64,000 bases of DNA from Tubiluchus corallicola (lineage: Eukaryota; Animalia; Priapulida): positions 944,447 through 1,008,446 of the forward strand of contig JAQGDQ010000013.1 of the NCBI GenBank assembly GCA_030141605.1, read 5' to 3'. Below are positions 61,001-64,000 of this stretch, piece after piece (the first letter of the stretch is position 1; every line of letters starts with the position of its first letter). Both the position numbers and the translations under genes were made by a program. The notes under the pieces were generated by a model, which was not told the DNA's origin, made no database searches, and was given only the letters and a program-made list of their open reading frames with translations.

Positions 61001-64000
61001 CCTTTACATCTGAAAGCGCCATTACAAAATGTAATGACATTTATCCCTCCGAGGTGCTGCTGATGACCTGCTATGTCATCAGCTTGACGGTTATGGTGAA
61101 TACTGTAGTTTCTTTCTGACAAATTTTATTCACTGATAAATAGACAAGTGCATAAAGATAACAGAAAGCAATGACACCATCACCAGGCTGTCTGTCTGTT
61201 ACCCTAAGAAAATTATTGGTTCGTCTGGAGTTTTAATTTTTCACCTGCAAATTTGGGCTTCGAGTGCAAGTGATTATCTCCATAGGGGTTGCTGTTTCTA
61301 CAGTCATTTACTGAAACTATTATACAGCAGCTGAAAAACAGTGTGCATGTTTGAAAATATGTACTAGACATTTTACGAACCAGAGTTGAGTTGTTTCTAT
61401 TTGAGTGTTTTACTTATTTGTTAATATTTGTTTGTGTAAATTAATTTCAGAACACTGTTCTGGAACTGTAGAAAGTGAAGCAACCAACGTACTTTTGTCT
61501 GCTTATTCACATCCCAAGGCACCTACTGACACAAGAACATACAGCTTTTATCCGCCTAGATTGTATTCAGATGATTTCAGTTCAAAAATTGATACTAGTC
61601 TAGCGGATGCTGTTTCTAGTGATTCAGTTTTTGTGCCAGAATCCATGTCGTCCAGACCTTCTGACCAAGGGGATCTGATGATTTCGTCAGACTCAGCTCT
61701 TCACGCTGCGTCGCCTCTGCAAAATACTCTGGATGGCAATGGCAATGCGTCCAAAAATTCCGATCGACTCAGGTACCACAGCGACTCGGCTATCTCATAT
61801 GCGTCAGACATTCCAAGCTCTGAAAATGCGGGCAAAGAACAGTTTCAGAGTTCCGCAACTAATTCTGATTTTGAGAATACGTCTAGTGATGTGAGACATG
61901 ATCTTGCAGACCAACATACGTCTCACAGATTTGTTCCATATGTTCAAAATCCTTCGCTGGTGAGAATGACAAGGCATTTGTCATTAGATGACGAATCTGC
62001 AAAGCAAACTGTGATACGTGAAAAGACCGCTGACGATGAACTTCTACAGACATTATGCATCTTTACTGCAAGCGAGCAGTTGTCAGTGCAAAAAACATCA
62101 ACACCAACCAAAGAAACAATAAAATTACAGGTTGAGGATAATTTTGTGGATCAGAAGTCGTTAGCAGGTGATTCGCCTAGCCACTTAGCAACTCGGAAAA
62201 AGCTTGGACACATCCGTTCCATGTCTGACGCTGATTTGCCTTTCTCCCCTATGGTAGAAATCTCTATGCAAGATACACTTACAGACAGGCATCATTCTTA
62301 CTCGTATGACAGCAGCGCTTATTATTTTCCTCGTCCAGCTCAAGGACAGTCGCTGAAGAGTTACCTGGCTTCTCAAGATTTCCACACTTGTTCGAACTTG
62401 GAAAAAGAAAATGCACATTTCAGCATTTGCGAAGCGTTGGTAGCCGCTATAGAACATATGAAGTGCAAAGCTGTGCTGGAGAAACATGGACGAGAGTACG
62501 AAGTTGCTGACGATTCAGATGAAGAAATACAGGAACTAAAGCAGAAAATTCGCATTAGACGAAGACAGAAATTTAAAGAGAGGGCTTTCGGTTTTCCTAC
62601 AACCCTGCTTAGTGATGGACAAACAGATAGTGAGTAAACAACTTAGTGAGCAAGTTATGAAATTTGTTTATGACAAAAGTGTCAAATCGTTTGGTACATC
62701 TTTAACCATAAATAGGTTTCAATGCTTTTATGGAACCTAAAAAATGTAGGTGCTCCAATTCCACTAAGTTGGATGCAACTCTGGAATAAATAACTCGTCC
62801 ACATTTAAGTTATTTTGTAAATTCTTAGTTCTGGTTATTTGTCTTTTTACACAGTTTCTTACACCTGTAAGCCAAGCTGCACTGGCAGTGCCTTCATCAC
62901 TTTTGAATGTTGTGGCAGGGTCGGTACCTAGTTTGCCACCAGATACTAGTTGTCTATTAGAAACATGACATGCTGATGTTTATACATATTTTTTTAATCA
63001 CAAAAATAGCCAAACTGTGTAGCAGATATAATCCACTCGGTATAAGTCTTCTACTGGTGGCCACTCATCCAGTTACTGATCAAGCATTGATTAACTTTCG
63101 TAGCTAAGTACAACACTGTGGCATAACTATTTGTTTGCCGTCGTCGCAAATTAATGAAACTGTATATCGGGAGTAAGTCAGGGTGCAAACAACATATGTG
63201 TGCTTGCATAGCGACAGCTACAGCGACAGTAGTAGGCAATTCAGCTTTTTTAGTTATTCAAATATCCTGATTCTCCATTTCATGAGGATCATTTTGATAT
63301 CAAGCTCATTGCTCCATGTTATTTTTAAGATAAGATAATCCATGTTGAAGTTGAGGTGCAGGCTACACACTGAAAAACATAATCTTGAGAAAATCGCTGT
63401 GAAAATTAGCCAGTGTTTTTTGTCGCAGTTCTACTAAACACTTAGCAACTGTACGAAAGTGTGGTTGCTATGGATTTTGCAAAAACACTTTGAAGTTAGT
63501 TTAAAACCAGTGGTTGGCTCTTCCTGATGAAGATCTGGTTTTGACAGCAGAAAAAAGCCGAAGCAAAATGACTGGTTCCACGTGCTGATATCGGAGTTTG
63601 AAAATACATGTTTTTTACAATTGCACTACTAGTTTCTAGCCAGAAAATGGGGTTAAAAAATAGATTTTTAGTATTTTTTGAACATGTTCTTGATAATTTG
63701 ATACTAGAATATAAAAGTCCAATAGGTTTAGCATTCATTTTTATAAAAAAAAACAAGAAATTGACATTTGACCCAGTTTTTGGAGCATTCTACTTTGAAG
63801 CACCGTAACGTAGCTTTAACTATGCTGACTTGTGGATGGTTTCGGTTTGCAAGCACACATTTGTTAATTTTTGTTTATGATATTTCAGCTCCACCAACAA
63901 CCTCATCGCCTGCAGAGACCAGCAACTCTGCTACTGTGAGCTTTTCTTCTGCTTCCGAATCGTTTTCACCATCGTCCTCTAGCGACAGTGTCGAGGAGAT
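55056..64000 (+). CDS. RUBCN: Rubicon (RUN domain Beclin-1-interacting, cysteine-rich protein), 5' part; gene continues beyond window
   Basis: Exons 55056-55090, 56740-56887, 58192-58411, 59272-59378, 60354-60495, 61451-62629, 63889->64000, phases consistent. The RUN-domain N-terminus [33 protein letters not shown] resembles, from memory, Rubicon EHWQLLGNLKTTVE..VWSKYGGL. Also [35 protein letters not shown]...[41 protein letters not shown]. Confidence 0.9.
56969..57501. mobile_element. hAT (Charlie-like) non-autonomous element
   Basis: Perfect 8-bp TSD GTTTAAAC (56961-56968, 57502-57509); TIRs CAAGGGTGTGCAAATT / AATTTGCACACCTCTG; GGCCCG subterminal motifs; internal ~32-bp tandem duplication at ~57151-57214. 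Confidence 0.85.
60775..61021. mobile_element. PIF/Harbinger (Tourist-like) palindromic MITE
   Basis: TTA TSD on both sides; TIRs TGTCGCGTTCAGATGTA / TACATCTGAAAGCGCCA; inner perfect 19-bp inverted repeat TTGGCAACTTCTCTCGCAA / TTGCGAGAGAAGTTGCCAA. Confidence 0.75.
63195..63860 (+). mobile_element. TA-flanked TIR MITE, family B copy 2
   Basis: Starts TATGTGTGCTTGCATAGC, ends GTTTGCAAGCACACAT; colinear with 5857-6506. Confidence 0.8.

Noticed and set aside
62185-62555. Antisense ORFs over Rubicon exon 6 (likewise 11704-11943, 31978-32301, 45139-45324)
   Set aside because: Shadow frames of real coding exons with no independent motif or splice support.

Overview
Eukaryotic, AT-rich, CpG-depleted genomic DNA with GT-AG introns, most likely from an invertebrate animal; the taxon cannot be fixed from the sequence alone. 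Manual splicing gives four intron-containing genes. KDM8/JMJD5 (minus strand, 8 coding exons, about 403 aa) lies head-to-head with ELAC2/RNase Z long form (plus strand, 19 coding exons, about 878 aa). ELAC2 is tail-to-tail with an ankyrin-repeat/SOCS-box (ASB-type) gene (minus strand, 10 coding exons, about 539 aa). That gene is divergent from a Rubicon (RUBCN) orthologue (plus strand, 7 coding exons seen, running off the window). Introns carry many non-autonomous DNA transposons (Kolobok/T2-like, piggyBac-like, hAT, Harbinger-like, TA-flanked), degraded tRNA- and 5S-derived SINE pieces, and mini/microsatellites. The most unusual signal is in ELAC2, where exon 3' ends have repeatedly been tandemly duplicated together with their splice donors. 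One array has 13 copies of a stop-free, frame-preserving 54-bp unit, giving a ladder of 13 in-frame 5' splice sites. In the two frame-shifting copies the donor is weakened or destroyed.
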